NCBI GenBank assembly: GCA_052168235.1
Contig: JBQLZK010000061.1
Location: 1-45,658 of the forward strand
Length of the DNA stretch: 45,658 bases
Reading direction: 5' to 3'
From: Thainema sp.
Lineage (GTDB): Bacteria; Cyanobacteriota; Cyanobacteriia; Phormidesmidales; Phormidesmidaceae
Shown here in pieces: positions 9,389-18,844 of this stretch. The notes below the pieces were generated by a model. The model worked only from the letters and a program-made list of their open reading frames with translations. It was not told the DNA's origin and ran no database searches. A program made the position numbers and the translations under genes. Position 1 is the stretch's first letter. Every line of letters starts with the position of its first letter.

Positions 9389-11413
9389 TCACGCTGTCGC
9401 TTGAGAGAGGCTGTTTTCAACTTCGTGGAGCTGAATCACGTCCTGCCGAGGATTGGCGTAGTTCACTTTGACGTGCAGATGCTCACCGGGTTCAACTGGA
9501 CGATCAAAGCGCATAATCAGCTCTAGGCCCAGTTCCTCTAGCATGACGATAGCCAGTCCCTCATGCTCTCGCAGCCAGCGCAGCATCATCGCCGCCCAGG
9601 TTTGATCCGCATAGCGCCGCAGAAACTCCAGTGACCAGTAGCGCTTGGTTTGGCGCTCCACTAAGACGGCTTCGTAGGTGCCTGCACCGACGCCCTGCAA
9701 GAGTTCCTGCATTTCTTCAGCGGCAAAGGGCAGTGTCTCGCCCCGCAGATGGGCCTTGATTTGGAAATGGGTCAGCAGGTCGGTGTAGCGGCGAATGGGT
9801 GATGTTACCTGCGTGTAGGGGTCTAAGCCCAGCGTCGCGTGACGGGACGGAACGAGGCTCGTTTCACTGCGAGTCATACAGCGACGAATGGCGCAGTCGC
9901 GCACGATGCCTGCTGGCAGCAGCATGAGTTCCTCTTCCGAAGGTAGCTCCGGCTGGGGCTGATTGCGAAATGGAATGGGGATCTGATGTTCCTGGGCATA
10001 GCTAGCTGCCGCTTCTCCGGCCAAGATCATCATTTCGGCGACTAGCTGACGAGCAGGAGAATTATCGAGTAGCTCAATGCTAATTTCGTCATCGGAGTCC
10101 ACTTTAATGGACGTCTCCGGCATGCGGATGCTAATCGCGCCTTGGGTTCCCCGCCACGACTGACGCTGAGTGGCCCAGTTGGATAGCGCCTCTAGCTCCG
10201 GTTCGGCTCGCACACCCAGTTGCAAAATTTCGTCTACGTCCTCGTAGGTCAGCCGATAGGTGGGTTTTACGATGCTGGTTTGAATGCTGTAATCTGAGAT
10301 CGCACCTGCTTCATCCAAAATCACACCGAAGCTGAGCGCACAGCATTCTTTGCCCTGCACCAAGCTCATTGGCCCCGTCGCCAGCTCGGAGGGAAACATT
10401 GGGATCATTCCAGTTGGCAGATACAGCGTCGTGCAGCGGCGACGAGCTTCCAAATCAAGGTCATCACCGGGAGTCAGCCAGCGGGTTGGATCGGCAATGT
10501 GGATCCACAACCGCTGACGTCCATCTTCCAAAAATTCCAGACTTAAACCGTCATCGATTTCGCGGGTGCTTTCATCGTCAACGGTAAAGGTTTTGAGATG
10601 AGTTAAATCTAGACGTTGCGGATCGGGATCAGGCGGTGGGGAGGCCAAGCATTGCTGCACCATCTCATATACCTTGGGGGGAAACTGAGTCGGAAGCTGA
10701 CTGCGGCGAAGTGAAAGGTTTTCGTGCGGACTCCACCGTCCTAAATCGACCAGTAGCTGAAAAGCAGATTCGGCTGACTTGGAATAATCTAGTTCAGCTA
10801 AAACATCCAGAGCTGGTGCGCGATGATTCGCTTCATCACCTAGAATGGCAAATCGCTCTAATGCTTCCAACCACAGTTGGTCGCTTTGTTGCCATTCTAC
10901 CGACTCTCCCGCTAAAGCGGCTCGAATTCGTTCTAGGAAAAGCTGCCAATCCTGTTGCCGCTGGGCTTCCACCTCAAGCTGATGCTGCAGTTCGGCCACT
11001 TGAGTTTGAGATCGCGGTTCGTAGCGGTCAGCCTTTTGTTTGAAAAAAATCTTGTCTTCTGAAAGCAAGCAGTGAGCCGCATAGCAGTGGGCAGAAGTTT
11101 GCTCTGAAAATAGCAGGAGCGCCATTTCTGACGCATCGGCGGATTCGCCTTCTTCGCTGAGCAGTTCCCAGGCAACCTCTAGACTCGATGGATCGAGATA
11201 GGGATCAACCGATTGGCAAAATTCGGGAATATCAGCGGGAGAGAAGGTTTGACCTGCGATCGCATAGGTGACTTGGCGAGGATGCAGCGTATGGGATTGC
11301 CCTCGCTCATCAATCACAATCCAGTTCTTTCCCTTTTTATCAGCAGGTCGATCTACAACTGCCAGGTGACGGTTTCCCTGTAGTCGGAATTCAACCAGCG
11401 TTCCCTTCTCCAC
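9389..11413 (-). CDS. rnb: Ribonuclease II/R family exoribonuclease
   Basis: TVDDESTREIDDGLS, IHIADP, LVAEMMIL, HATLGLDPYTQVTSPIRRYTDL; follows rpmG-rpsR as is usual in cyanobacteria. Confidence 0.94.
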   Translation of the reverse strand: MEKGTLVEFRLQGNRHLAVVDRPADKKGKNWIVIDERGQSHTLHPRQVTYAIAGQTFSPADIPEFCQSVDPYLDPSSLEVAWELLSEEGESADASEMALLLFSEQTSAHCYAAHCLLSEDKIFFKQKADRYEPRSQTQVAELQHQLEVEAQRQQDWQLFLERIRAALAGESVEWQQSDQLWLEALERFAILGDEANHRAPALDVLAELDYSKSAESAFQLLVDLGRWSPHENLSLRRSQLPTQFPPKVYEMVQQCLASPPPDPDPQRLDLTHLKTFTVDDESTREIDDGLSLEFLEDGRQRLWIHIADPTRWLTPGDDLDLEARRRCTTLYLPTGMIPMFPSELATGPMSLVQGKECCALSFGVILDEAGAISDYSIQTSIVKPTYRLTYEDVDEILQLGVRAEPELEALSNWATQRQSWRGTQGAISIRMPETSIKVDSDDEISIELLDNSPARQLVAEMMILAGEAAASYAQEHQIPIPFRNQPQPELPSEEELMLLPAGIVRDCAIRRCMTRSETSLVPSRHATLGLDPYTQVTSPIRRYTDLLTHFQIKAHLRGETLPFAAEEMQELLQGVGAGTYEAVLVERQTKRYWSLEFLRRYADQTWAAMMLRWLREHEGLAIVMLEELGLELIMRFDRPVEPGEHLHVKVNYANPRQDVIQLHEVENSLSQATA

Positions 11414-11601
11414 AAGTACCCGCTGCTCCCAAATATGTAATGTTCAACCAGCTCATGCGCTTTATTTCATGCGCTTATCTTTGCTCGATATCGGATCGAT
11501 AGCCTTCGATCGGATTCGATCCATTTTCGATCGGTTTATTCGATCCGTTGAGAGTACAGCCGCTATATCGAAAATATATCGGCGCTCTATCGAAACTCGA
11601 A

Positions 11602-11654
11602 TTGAGTAGATATCTGAGTAGATATCTAAAAAATACCTACAGTATCTACTCAAA
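11602..11654 (-). repeat. Tandem 12-mer plus inverted copy forming a stem-loop just after the rpsR stop
   Basis: tgagtagatatc x2 (11603-11626); ttgagtagata / tatctactcaa (11643-11653). Confidence 0.6.
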
Positions 11655-11655
11655 C

Positions 11656-11871
11656 TTAACCTTCTTTGTTCACAAAGGGGAGAAGCGCCAGAGTCCGTGC
11701 CCGCTTGATTGCACGAGTCAACTCGCGCTGCTGCTTAGCGGTTAGACCTGTAATGCGGCGGGGCAGAATTTTGCCACGCTCGGTGATGAACTTGCGCAAC
11801 AGATCGACATCTTTGTAGTCGATTGGCTCATCGGGTTTGATTGGGGAAAGGCGGCGACGGTAGTAGGCCAT
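11656..11871 (-). CDS. rpsR: 30S ribosomal protein S18
   Basis: [11 protein letters not shown]...[26 protein letters not shown]...AIKRAR; ATG at 11871. Confidence 0.98.
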   Translation of the reverse strand: MAYYRRRLSPIKPDEPIDYKDVDLLRKFITERGKILPRRITGLTAKQQRELTRAIKRARTLALLPFVNKEG

Positions 11872-11938
11872 AGTCTTAGCAGTAAAAATCCAATTCAAAA
11901 CAACAAAAGATTAGAGCGATGAATGTAGCCTGTACAGG

Positions 11939-12127
11939 CTATTTCGTCTCTTTGTGAACCGTGTGCTTGTTACAGTGGGAGCAGAACTTTTTCAGCTCTA
12001 GCCGACCCGTTGTATTCCGACGGTTCTTGGTTGTGGTGTAGCGAGAGACACCAGGAGAACGCTTGTTGGTGTTCGAGCGACACTCGGTACACTCCAACGT
12101 AATAATAATGCGAATGCCCTTTGCCAT
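11939..12127 (-). CDS. rpmG: 50S ribosomal protein L33
   Basis: [16 protein letters not shown]...[27 protein letters not shown]. Confidence 0.98.
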   Translation of the reverse strand: MAKGIRIIITLECTECRSNTNKRSPGVSRYTTTKNRRNTTGRLELKKFCSHCNKHTVHKETK

Positions 12128-12399
12128 AGCGGTAAATTTAAGTCTTCAGAGAAATGGACACAAATAGCTATTATTTCATATGCTCGCCCATAGCAACAAC
12201 TAATTTGTGGAACTTGTCATAGGGAATGAGCTGAAGTCCAGTGTGAGCAGACGTGAGGCAGGACGATAGAGAGTTATGAGGGTGGATTGATTGATGATTA
12301 ACGTCATTCAAAGTTGGGGAAGTGGGGCAAAATGAGTTATTCCAAAACAGGTTGTCCAAATCCGCCTCCGCTCTTACGTTTTTCTGTTGAACAAAAGAT

Positions 12400-13101
12400 A
12401 TGACTGTTTCGGTTACGCTCACTGTTGCCAATACTCAGCTTCAATTGCTGCCGGAAAAAGCGGCGTATATGGTGACGACTCGTACGCTATTTGTAGCTGA
12501 TGTGCATTTGGGCAAAGCTGAAACGTTTCAAGCTTTTGGTTTGCCGATTGCGAGTGACGTGAATTTAGCGACGCTGCGGCGATTAAGAGAGGTTTGCGAT
12601 CGCACTCAGGCTGAAAATTTATTTATCCTGGGCGACCTGTTTCATTCCCAGTTTGCTTTAGTCGATGAAGTAATTGATCCGTGGCAGGAGTTTTTGGCGA
12701 CTGTATCAGCCAATGTTGTGCTGGTGGTGGGGAATCATGACCGTAAGCTAATGGCTCAGCTTTCGTCACAGATATCTGATCAGGATTGGCACTATTTTAC
12801 CGATGCCATCCAGTTTGATAGTTTAATCCTCAGCCACCAGCCTCTAGAATCCTCTCACAAACCTGAAGCCCATCAATTTACCCTCTGTGGTCACGTTCAT
12901 CCCTGCCTGCGGCTCAAGTCTCGCCTGGATCAGATTCGATTGCCCTGTTTCTACGTGGACTGGCGCAGTCATTGTCTGATTTTGCCGGCTTTCGGAGAAT
13001 TTACAGGTGGCTACAATGTGTCGCTGTCTCCCTATACGGCAGCCTATGCGATCGCAGATAATCAAGTCGTGCCGTTTGAATCCAGGAGTGCCCCAGCTTG
13101 A
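12400..13101 (+). CDS. pdeM: Ligase-associated DNA damage response metallophosphoesterase/endonuclease PdeM
   Basis: [43 protein letters not shown]. Confidence 0.88.
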   Translation: MTVSVTLTVANTQLQLLPEKAAYMVTTRTLFVADVHLGKAETFQAFGLPIASDVNLATLRRLREVCDRTQAENLFILGDLFHSQFALVDEVIDPWQEFLATVSANVVLVVGNHDRKLMAQLSSQISDQDWHYFTDAIQFDSLILSHQPLESSHKPEAHQFTLCGHVHPCLRLKSRLDQIRLPCFYVDWRSHCLILPAFGEFTGGYNVSLSPYTAAYAIADNQVVPFESRSAPA

Positions 13102-13751
13102 CTCAGCCCACCGATCCGACCCCTCAAGTTCATGTCATCGATCATCCGTTGATTCAGCACAAGCTGACCCTGATGCGCCGAGCCGAAACCAGCACTGCCA
13201 AATTTCGGCAGCTCCTACGGGAAATTAGCCTGCTGATGGCTTACGAAGTAACCCGCGATTTTCCCCTGCGCTACGAGCAAATCGAGACGCCACTGGCCAC
13301 CATGAACGCTCCAGTGTTAGCCGCTGAAAAGAAAATGGTGATTATTTCAATTATGAGGGCAGGACAGGGCATCTTAGACGGCATTTTAGAACTGATTCCC
13401 TCGGCGCGTGTGGGACACATCGGTCTCTATCGTGACCCGAAAACGCTGATTGCCGTGGAGTATTACCTGAAGCTGCCCCATGATGTAGAAGAGCGAGATA
13501 TGGTTGTGGTTGACCCCATGCTGGCGACGGGAAATTCTGCGATCGCAGCCGTGTATCGTCTGAAAGAAACCAATCCCCACTCAATTAAATTCCTCTGCTT
13601 ACTGGCTGCGCCAGAAGGTATTCAGCACTTCCACGAAAACCATCCTGATGTTCCCGTTTATACCGCAGCTATTGATGATAAGCTCGATGACCACGGCTAT
13701 ATTCTTCCAGGACTGGGAGATGCAGGCGATCGCTTGTTCGGTACGAAATAG
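13098..13751 (+). CDS. upp: Uracil phosphoribosyltransferase
   Basis: [51 protein letters not shown] start overlaps the pdeM stop. Confidence 0.97.
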   Translation: MTQPTDPTPQVHVIDHPLIQHKLTLMRRAETSTAKFRQLLREISLLMAYEVTRDFPLRYEQIETPLATMNAPVLAAEKKMVIISIMRAGQGILDGILELIPSARVGHIGLYRDPKTLIAVEYYLKLPHDVEERDMVVVDPMLATGNSAIAAVYRLKETNPHSIKFLCLLAAPEGIQHFHENHPDVPVYTAAIDDKLDDHGYILPGLGDAGDRLFGTK

Positions 13752-14013
13752 CACACCGTCAGATGTGCGATCGCGCTTACGCCTCAGTTTTTACTGACCG
13801 CTAAAATAGTCAACCTCTGAGTGTTTAAATGGTAAATTATTAATTTTTTCTGGAATTTGGCGATATCGTGAAGCATTAGAGTGGGAGTAGCGCGTTGATG
13901 CGTTATTAATTGCTCATGATGGGCAACCTAAAAAAGGAAGCTATAGACGACAAGATGTTCAATATCTAGTCCAGTCAGCGAAGGTCGTCATTTCTGCACA
14001 GTGGGTCTTTGCC

Positions 14014-15159
14014 ATGTTAGCTGACACGACGAAGAGGTCTTTCTCGGTGGATTCTTGTAACCTCGATCAATCTAGAATCTTAGTGGTTGATGATCATCCC
14101 TCCAGCCGGATGACCGCAGTGGCGCTGCTCTCAGTTGAAGGGCACGAAGTCATGGAAGCAGACAGCGGAATTGCTGCCCTAGAGTGTGTTGCTGTATTTA
14201 AGCCAGACTTGATTTTGCTCGACGTAATGATGCCCGGTATTGACGGCTTCGAAGTGTGCCGTCGGCTCAAACAAGACGAGCAAACCCGTTTAATTCCAAT
14301 TGTGTTTGTCACAGCGCTCAACGATCGTAGGGCCAGACTCAAAGGCATTGAAGTGGGCGGTGATGACTTTTTGACCAAACCGTTTGATCAGCTTGAACTC
14401 TCGGCTCGGGTCAAATCTCTAGTTCGGCAAAAGCGGCTCAACGAAGATCTAGACCATGCTGAGCAAGTTTTATTCTCAATAGCACGGACGGTTGAAAGCC
14501 GCGATCCGAATACGGGTGACCACTGCGAACGGTTAAAAAAGCTGGGGCAAGCGTTTGGTCAATACCTGGGATTGTCCCGCGCTGAAATGCGGGACTTGAA
14601 CTGGGGCGCTTATCTGCATGACATTGGCAAAGTTGGTATTCCCGATGCCATTTTGCTCAAAATGGGTGGCTTTACCCCAGAAGAATGGACAATCATGCAG
14701 CAGCATGTACAAATTGGGGTCAATATCTGTCAGCCGCTGCGAACCATGCGCGGCGTTGTACCCATTATTCAGTGTCACCACGAACGCTGGGATGGTTCGG
14801 GCTATCCCCATGGTTTAGAAGGCGAAGAGATTCCCTATTTGGCGCAGGTGTTTCAAATGACAGACATCTTTGACGCGCTAACCAATGAACGCCCCTATAA
14901 GTCAGCTTATCCACCTCAAGAAGCGCTAGAGATGATGCAGGCCGAAACTGATCGGGGCTGGCGCAATCCGGAGTTGATGCAGCAATTCTACAGGTTTATT
15001 ACTCAAGTTTGGATTCCCGCTCAAAACGGAACGGTATCCTTATTTGATCCGGATCATGACGCCCTTAATCATCATGTGCTGAACATGGATCAGGTTGAAG
15101 ATGCCACAGGATCTAATCCAGTAACCGCTTCAGATTTTAATTCTTCTGTCTTTAATTAG
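14014..15159 (+). CDS. Response regulator with HD-GYP domain (putative c-di-GMP phosphodiesterase)
   Basis: REC domain (ILVVDD, LLDVMMP, TKPF) plus TGDHCER, LHDIGK, HHERWDGSGYP, DIFDALTNERPYK. Confidence 0.93.
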   Translation: MLADTTKRSFSVDSCNLDQSRILVVDDHPSSRMTAVALLSVEGHEVMEADSGIAALECVAVFKPDLILLDVMMPGIDGFEVCRRLKQDEQTRLIPIVFVTALNDRRARLKGIEVGGDDFLTKPFDQLELSARVKSLVRQKRLNEDLDHAEQVLFSIARTVESRDPNTGDHCERLKKLGQAFGQYLGLSRAEMRDLNWGAYLHDIGKVGIPDAILLKMGGFTPEEWTIMQQHVQIGVNICQPLRTMRGVVPIIQCHHERWDGSGYPHGLEGEEIPYLAQVFQMTDIFDALTNERPYKSAYPPQEALEMMQAETDRGWRNPELMQQFYRFITQVWIPAQNGTVSLFDPDHDALNHHVLNMDQVEDATGSNPVTASDFNSSVFN

Positions 15160-15209
15160 CGGACGTTGGTTCGTAGTAGAGCCTTACATCAGGCTTTGCA
15201 TAATAAAAT

Positions 15210-15246
15210 ATTTGTGAAACGCTTGCTTCGCAAGCGTTTCACAAAT
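15210..15246. terminator. Hairpin between convergent genes
   Basis: Perfect 17-bp arms atttgtgaaacgcttgc / ttc / gcaagcgtttcacaaat. Confidence 0.75.
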
Positions 15247-15290
15247 GCTAGACATGTTTTTTATCAGACTTCACGCCAGCAAGGTCTGCT

Positions 15291-16643
15291 CTACGGGCGC
15301 TGGATGATTTTTTCAAGAATGCGCCGTTTGTTGGTTGAATCAATTCCAATCATGCGCACATAGTCGGCTGGATGATCAATCAAACACTGCTCCATCACCT
15401 GTAAGGCTTCGGTCGGGTCACTTGAAGACAATGATGCGCAACTGTGCCAAGAATTTGAGCGGAATCGGCGCTGATCGGCATATTCTAGGCCCACGCGATG
15501 CCCTTGGGTGAGTAGCTGTTCAACCTGCTGCACAGTTGCGGCATCAAGTTGGGCTCCATCAAAACCATGTCCGTTGCTCTTGTGCTGAGTCGGTTTCTTT
15601 GGGGATGATGATGGAGATGAAGGTGATTGGGCGTGGGTTGAGTTCCCAGATGCGTAGTTCGATGGATGGTCGGATGAGCGACGAACTGACTGGTGCCCAT
15701 TGGATCGCATCGGTTGCGATGTTGAATCTTGCTCAATCGTGAAATCGCGTCCACGTCCCTGCTGAAGTACTTCGTTATATTCCCGTACCAGCCGCATTTC
15801 CCGTACCCGTCGCTGCTCGGCTACCATTTCCTGTCCTGCTTCCAGCAGGTGATTGAGCCGGAAGTCTGGTTGAGGGAGCTTGGGCTTTCCGTCTGGGCTG
15901 TTGACCAGCCGCATCGACAGATTTTCGAACCCAGTCTGGTTGATGAATTGACGCACCAGATCGTCGTAAATGCGCGATCGCAATGCGCCGAAGAAGTCAA
16001 CTGACTGGTCAATAAACGTATCAACCAGCGTCATAATGTCGTTTTGGCCTAATCCATCCGGCTCAAAAATGCCGTTGACAATGCCGATTTTGTCGTCACG
16101 GTTCGGTTCCCAGTAGAACTTCTCCATCCGGCCATCGCGAATCAGTGGCGCATACAGGGTTGAGAAGTCGTTCCCCGTAACAATGATCGGTACTCGATGA
16201 GTTGGTTTTTCGTCGTAGCTGCCGGGTAGCTGCACATTTGTGGGATTATCGGCAATGTTCATCAACGTGTTGTTGACGAGTTGGGTGTTGACTGTATACT
16301 GCGTCGTTGAATCGAAGCGACCTGCACCTGCATCCAGATCATTGATCATCAGCACGGTCATCTTACCCCGCACTCGGATTAACTCGGCTGCTTCCCGGTA
16401 GCGCAAGCGAACCAAACGGGCAGGATCACCAGCATCTGGACTTTCTAACTCACCACCCGAAATGTGAACGACCTCAACGCCCAGCTTCTGATAAGCCAGT
16501 TCACACTGAAATGTTTTTCCTTCTCCCTTCCGCCCATGAATGCCCAAAATGAGCGGAACCTTTACCCGTGGCAAATCCAAAAAGCTTTTGCTGATGTGAA
16601 CGGCGATTTTGTCAAGAAACCGAGGTGCGATGTAGTACGTCAT
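15291..16643 (-). CDS. rca: Rubisco activase (AAA+) with C-terminal RbcS-like (SSUL) domain
   Basis: YYIAPRFLDK, HGRKGEGKTFQCEL, INDLDAGAGRF, APLIRDGRMEKFYWEP; Ser-rich linker; EYADQRRFRSNSW...YVRMIGID...RRILEKIIQRP; ATG 16643 preferred. Confidence 0.93.
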   Translation of the reverse strand: MTYYIAPRFLDKIAVHISKSFLDLPRVKVPLILGIHGRKGEGKTFQCELAYQKLGVEVVHISGGELESPDAGDPARLVRLRYREAAELIRVRGKMTVLMINDLDAGAGRFDSTTQYTVNTQLVNNTLMNIADNPTNVQLPGSYDEKPTHRVPIIVTGNDFSTLYAPLIRDGRMEKFYWEPNRDDKIGIVNGIFEPDGLGQNDIMTLVDTFIDQSVDFFGALRSRIYDDLVRQFINQTGFENLSMRLVNSPDGKPKLPQPDFRLNHLLEAGQEMVAEQRRVREMRLVREYNEVLQQGRGRDFTIEQDSTSQPMRSNGHQSVRRSSDHPSNYASGNSTHAQSPSSPSSSPKKPTQHKSNGHGFDGAQLDAATVQQVEQLLTQGHRVGLEYADQRRFRSNSWHSCASLSSSDPTEALQVMEQCLIDHPADYVRMIGIDSTNKRRILEKIIQRP

Positions 16644-16822
16644 AAACCCATGACTAGATTCTGCAGTTGGCCCAGGTACGGCGGAGCCATATATCATCGT
16701 TTCATGATTTTGATGCTATGTGTGATACAAATTGGCAATTATCTGCATCAGCTGATCTGATTTTCTCGAATCTTTCACCATTTTTCGGTACCAGTTTGAT
16801 TAAGGGTTGAGGGGAAAGTTTG

Positions 16823-16900
16823 GGTGTTAGAAGTTAGGAACTGGGTTTTGGGTGCTGGGTGGTAGGTCTTGGGATGCTAGGTGCTAGGTATTGGGTGCTG
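16823..16900. repeat. Degenerate heptamer tandem array (STRR-like)
   Basis: About 11 units such as ggtgtta, ggttttg, ggtgctg, ggtggta, ggtcttg, ggtgcta, ggtattg in the divergent intergenic region. Confidence 0.7.
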
Positions 16901-17037
16901 AGGGAAACGATATTACGCTTGTGCCAGAGTCCTTCCTGATTAAAGATAAGTAGGACTATGACAGCGCCAGTTTTCTGGGTAAAGCCTTGCGAGATTTATC
17001 CAGAAAACGAAATAGAACACTAAAATGGCATATTTCT

Positions 17038-18831
17038 ATGCGGGGCAGTAGGTTGACGACAATCGCAAAACATCGCGGATTTCAGACAGGACTGCTGCTG
17101 TTATGGTGTGCGATCGCACTTGTGCTGCGCTTCACCCATTTGGCGCAAAAACCGCTGTGGACGGACGAGTTTTCCACGCTGGTATTTGGCTTGGGACATA
17201 GCTTTCAAACCATTCCGCTGGATCAGCCAATCAGCACTGACGTACTGCTGGCACCGCTGCAACCGTTGCCGCTAACCGGAGTTGGGGCCGTTACCTATCA
17301 TTTATTCAGTGAAAGCAACCATCCGCCACTGTACTTCATATTGACCCATGAGTGGCTCAAGCTTTTTCCAATTGAGAATCCGTGGGTATTGACCTGGGCT
17401 GCGCGATCGCTATCGGCTTTGTTTGGGGTTTTGACTGTTCCAGCTATTTTTCTTTTAGGCTGGGTGACATTTCAATCGGTACTGATTGCCCAGCTAGCGG
17501 CGGCGCTGATGGCGGTTTCACCGTTTGGAATTTACATCGCTCAGGAAGCACGACACTACACGCTGCCGACGATGCTGGGTTCTCTCTCCCTTTGCTGTTT
17601 TGTGCAGGCAGTCCGAGCCATTTGCGATCGCACCCGTCTCAACCTGGGGCTGGTTCTGAGCTGGATTGGGCTGAATGCCTTGGGCATTGCCACCCACTAC
17701 TTTTTTGTTTTTGTGGTGACGGCACAGGGCATGGTGCTGCTGGGCTTTTTTCTGTGGCGCAGTTTGGGAACGATGTCTGAAAAGCCATCGAATAAGCTAT
17801 CCGAATTTTGGCAAAGCTGGAGCCGTCCACCCTGGTGGCACGTGTTTGCAGCCGGTCTAGGGACAGCGATTAGCGGTGCCGTCTGGCTACCCGTGATTCA
17901 AAGTGTGCAGGACGATGAGCTGACTTGGTGGATCTATCGGCTTGAAGGTCGCATCGGTCTAGACTGGCTGCAACCCGTGCTGGAAACCGTTGCGGGCGTT
18001 GCCACTATGTTTTTTCTACTGCCGATTCAGGGCACGACTAGAGCTGTTGAAATTGGCTCGATTGGCCTCATGCTGCTGCTGTTAATCTGGCTGGGCGGAG
18101 TTTGGATCAACGGCGTGCGGCAGTATGCCCAATTGCATCGATCAACCCAGCCGCAGGCGAGCCTGTGGGCCACTGGGGGCTTCTTAGCGGCTGCGATCGC
18201 ACTGATGTGGTTTCTATCCTATGCCTTCAATATGAGCCTGACCAATGGCTTTCGCTACAACTTTATCTATTATCCGGCTGCTATTTTACTGTTTGCCGTG
18301 GCGTTGGCCGCAGGTTGGCAAACGACGGGTGGGGGAATAGTGAGATCGCAGCGCTGGACGACTGTCGTAGTTCTGCTCTTGGGCATCGTGGGTAGTCTGG
18401 TGGTGGCGCTGGACTTTGGCTACCAAAAAACCCATCGGCCTGATTTAGTGGTGGATACGCTGTTACAGCAGTCTCAGGATCCGGTGGTGATGGCCATGTC
18501 GCATCAAACCCACGGTCAAACCGGACGCATGATGGGTATTGCGCTAGAACTCCAGCGACGCTCGGGAAATTTGCCGATTCAATCACCGCAGTATATTCTT
18601 GACCATTCTGTCTGCCAGTCCCGATATGATTTGTCCTGCTACAATCCCACTCCCAAACTCAAGGAAACGCTCGCCACGCTGCCGCGTCCCTTTGATCTGT
18701 GGCTGATGAACTACCATAGTGGCGCTAATCTGCGCGATGTCAACTGCGAACCTACAGCTCCCAATGAAACACGGCGCGTAGATGGCTATCGATTTTATCG
18801 ATATCGATGCCAACCGATGACGAAAGGCTGA
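17038..18831 (+). CDS. Membrane GT-C (GT39/PMT-like) glycosyltransferase
   Basis: LWTDEFST, SNHPPLYF, SPFGIYIAQEARHY, many TM segments; start uncertain (ORF open from 16987). Confidence 0.85.
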   Translation: MRGSRLTTIAKHRGFQTGLLLLWCAIALVLRFTHLAQKPLWTDEFSTLVFGLGHSFQTIPLDQPISTDVLLAPLQPLPLTGVGAVTYHLFSESNHPPLYFILTHEWLKLFPIENPWVLTWAARSLSALFGVLTVPAIFLLGWVTFQSVLIAQLAAALMAVSPFGIYIAQEARHYTLPTMLGSLSLCCFVQAVRAICDRTRLNLGLVLSWIGLNALGIATHYFFVFVVTAQGMVLLGFFLWRSLGTMSEKPSNKLSEFWQSWSRPPWWHVFAAGLGTAISGAVWLPVIQSVQDDELTWWIYRLEGRIGLDWLQPVLETVAGVATMFFLLPIQGTTRAVEIGSIGLMLLLLIWLGGVWINGVRQYAQLHRSTQPQASLWATGGFLAAAIALMWFLSYAFNMSLTNGFRYNFIYYPAAILLFAVALAAGWQTTGGGIVRSQRWTTVVVLLLGIVGSLVVALDFGYQKTHRPDLVVDTLLQQSQDPVVMAMSHQTHGQTGRMMGIALELQRRSGNLPIQSPQYILDHSVCQSRYDLSCYNPTPKLKETLATLPRPFDLWLMNYHSGANLRDVNCEPTAPNETRRVDGYRFYRYRCQPMTKG

Positions 18832-18844
18832 GGGTGATCAACTC

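Noticed and set aside
11462..11653. 63-aa ORF between rpsR and rnb
   Set aside because: Its I/D/R/S-rich sequence is simply the translation of the local repeats.
12171..12431. 86-aa minus-strand ORF upstream of rpmG
   Set aside because: Overlaps the pdeM start and spans a divergent promoter region; no recognisable motifs.
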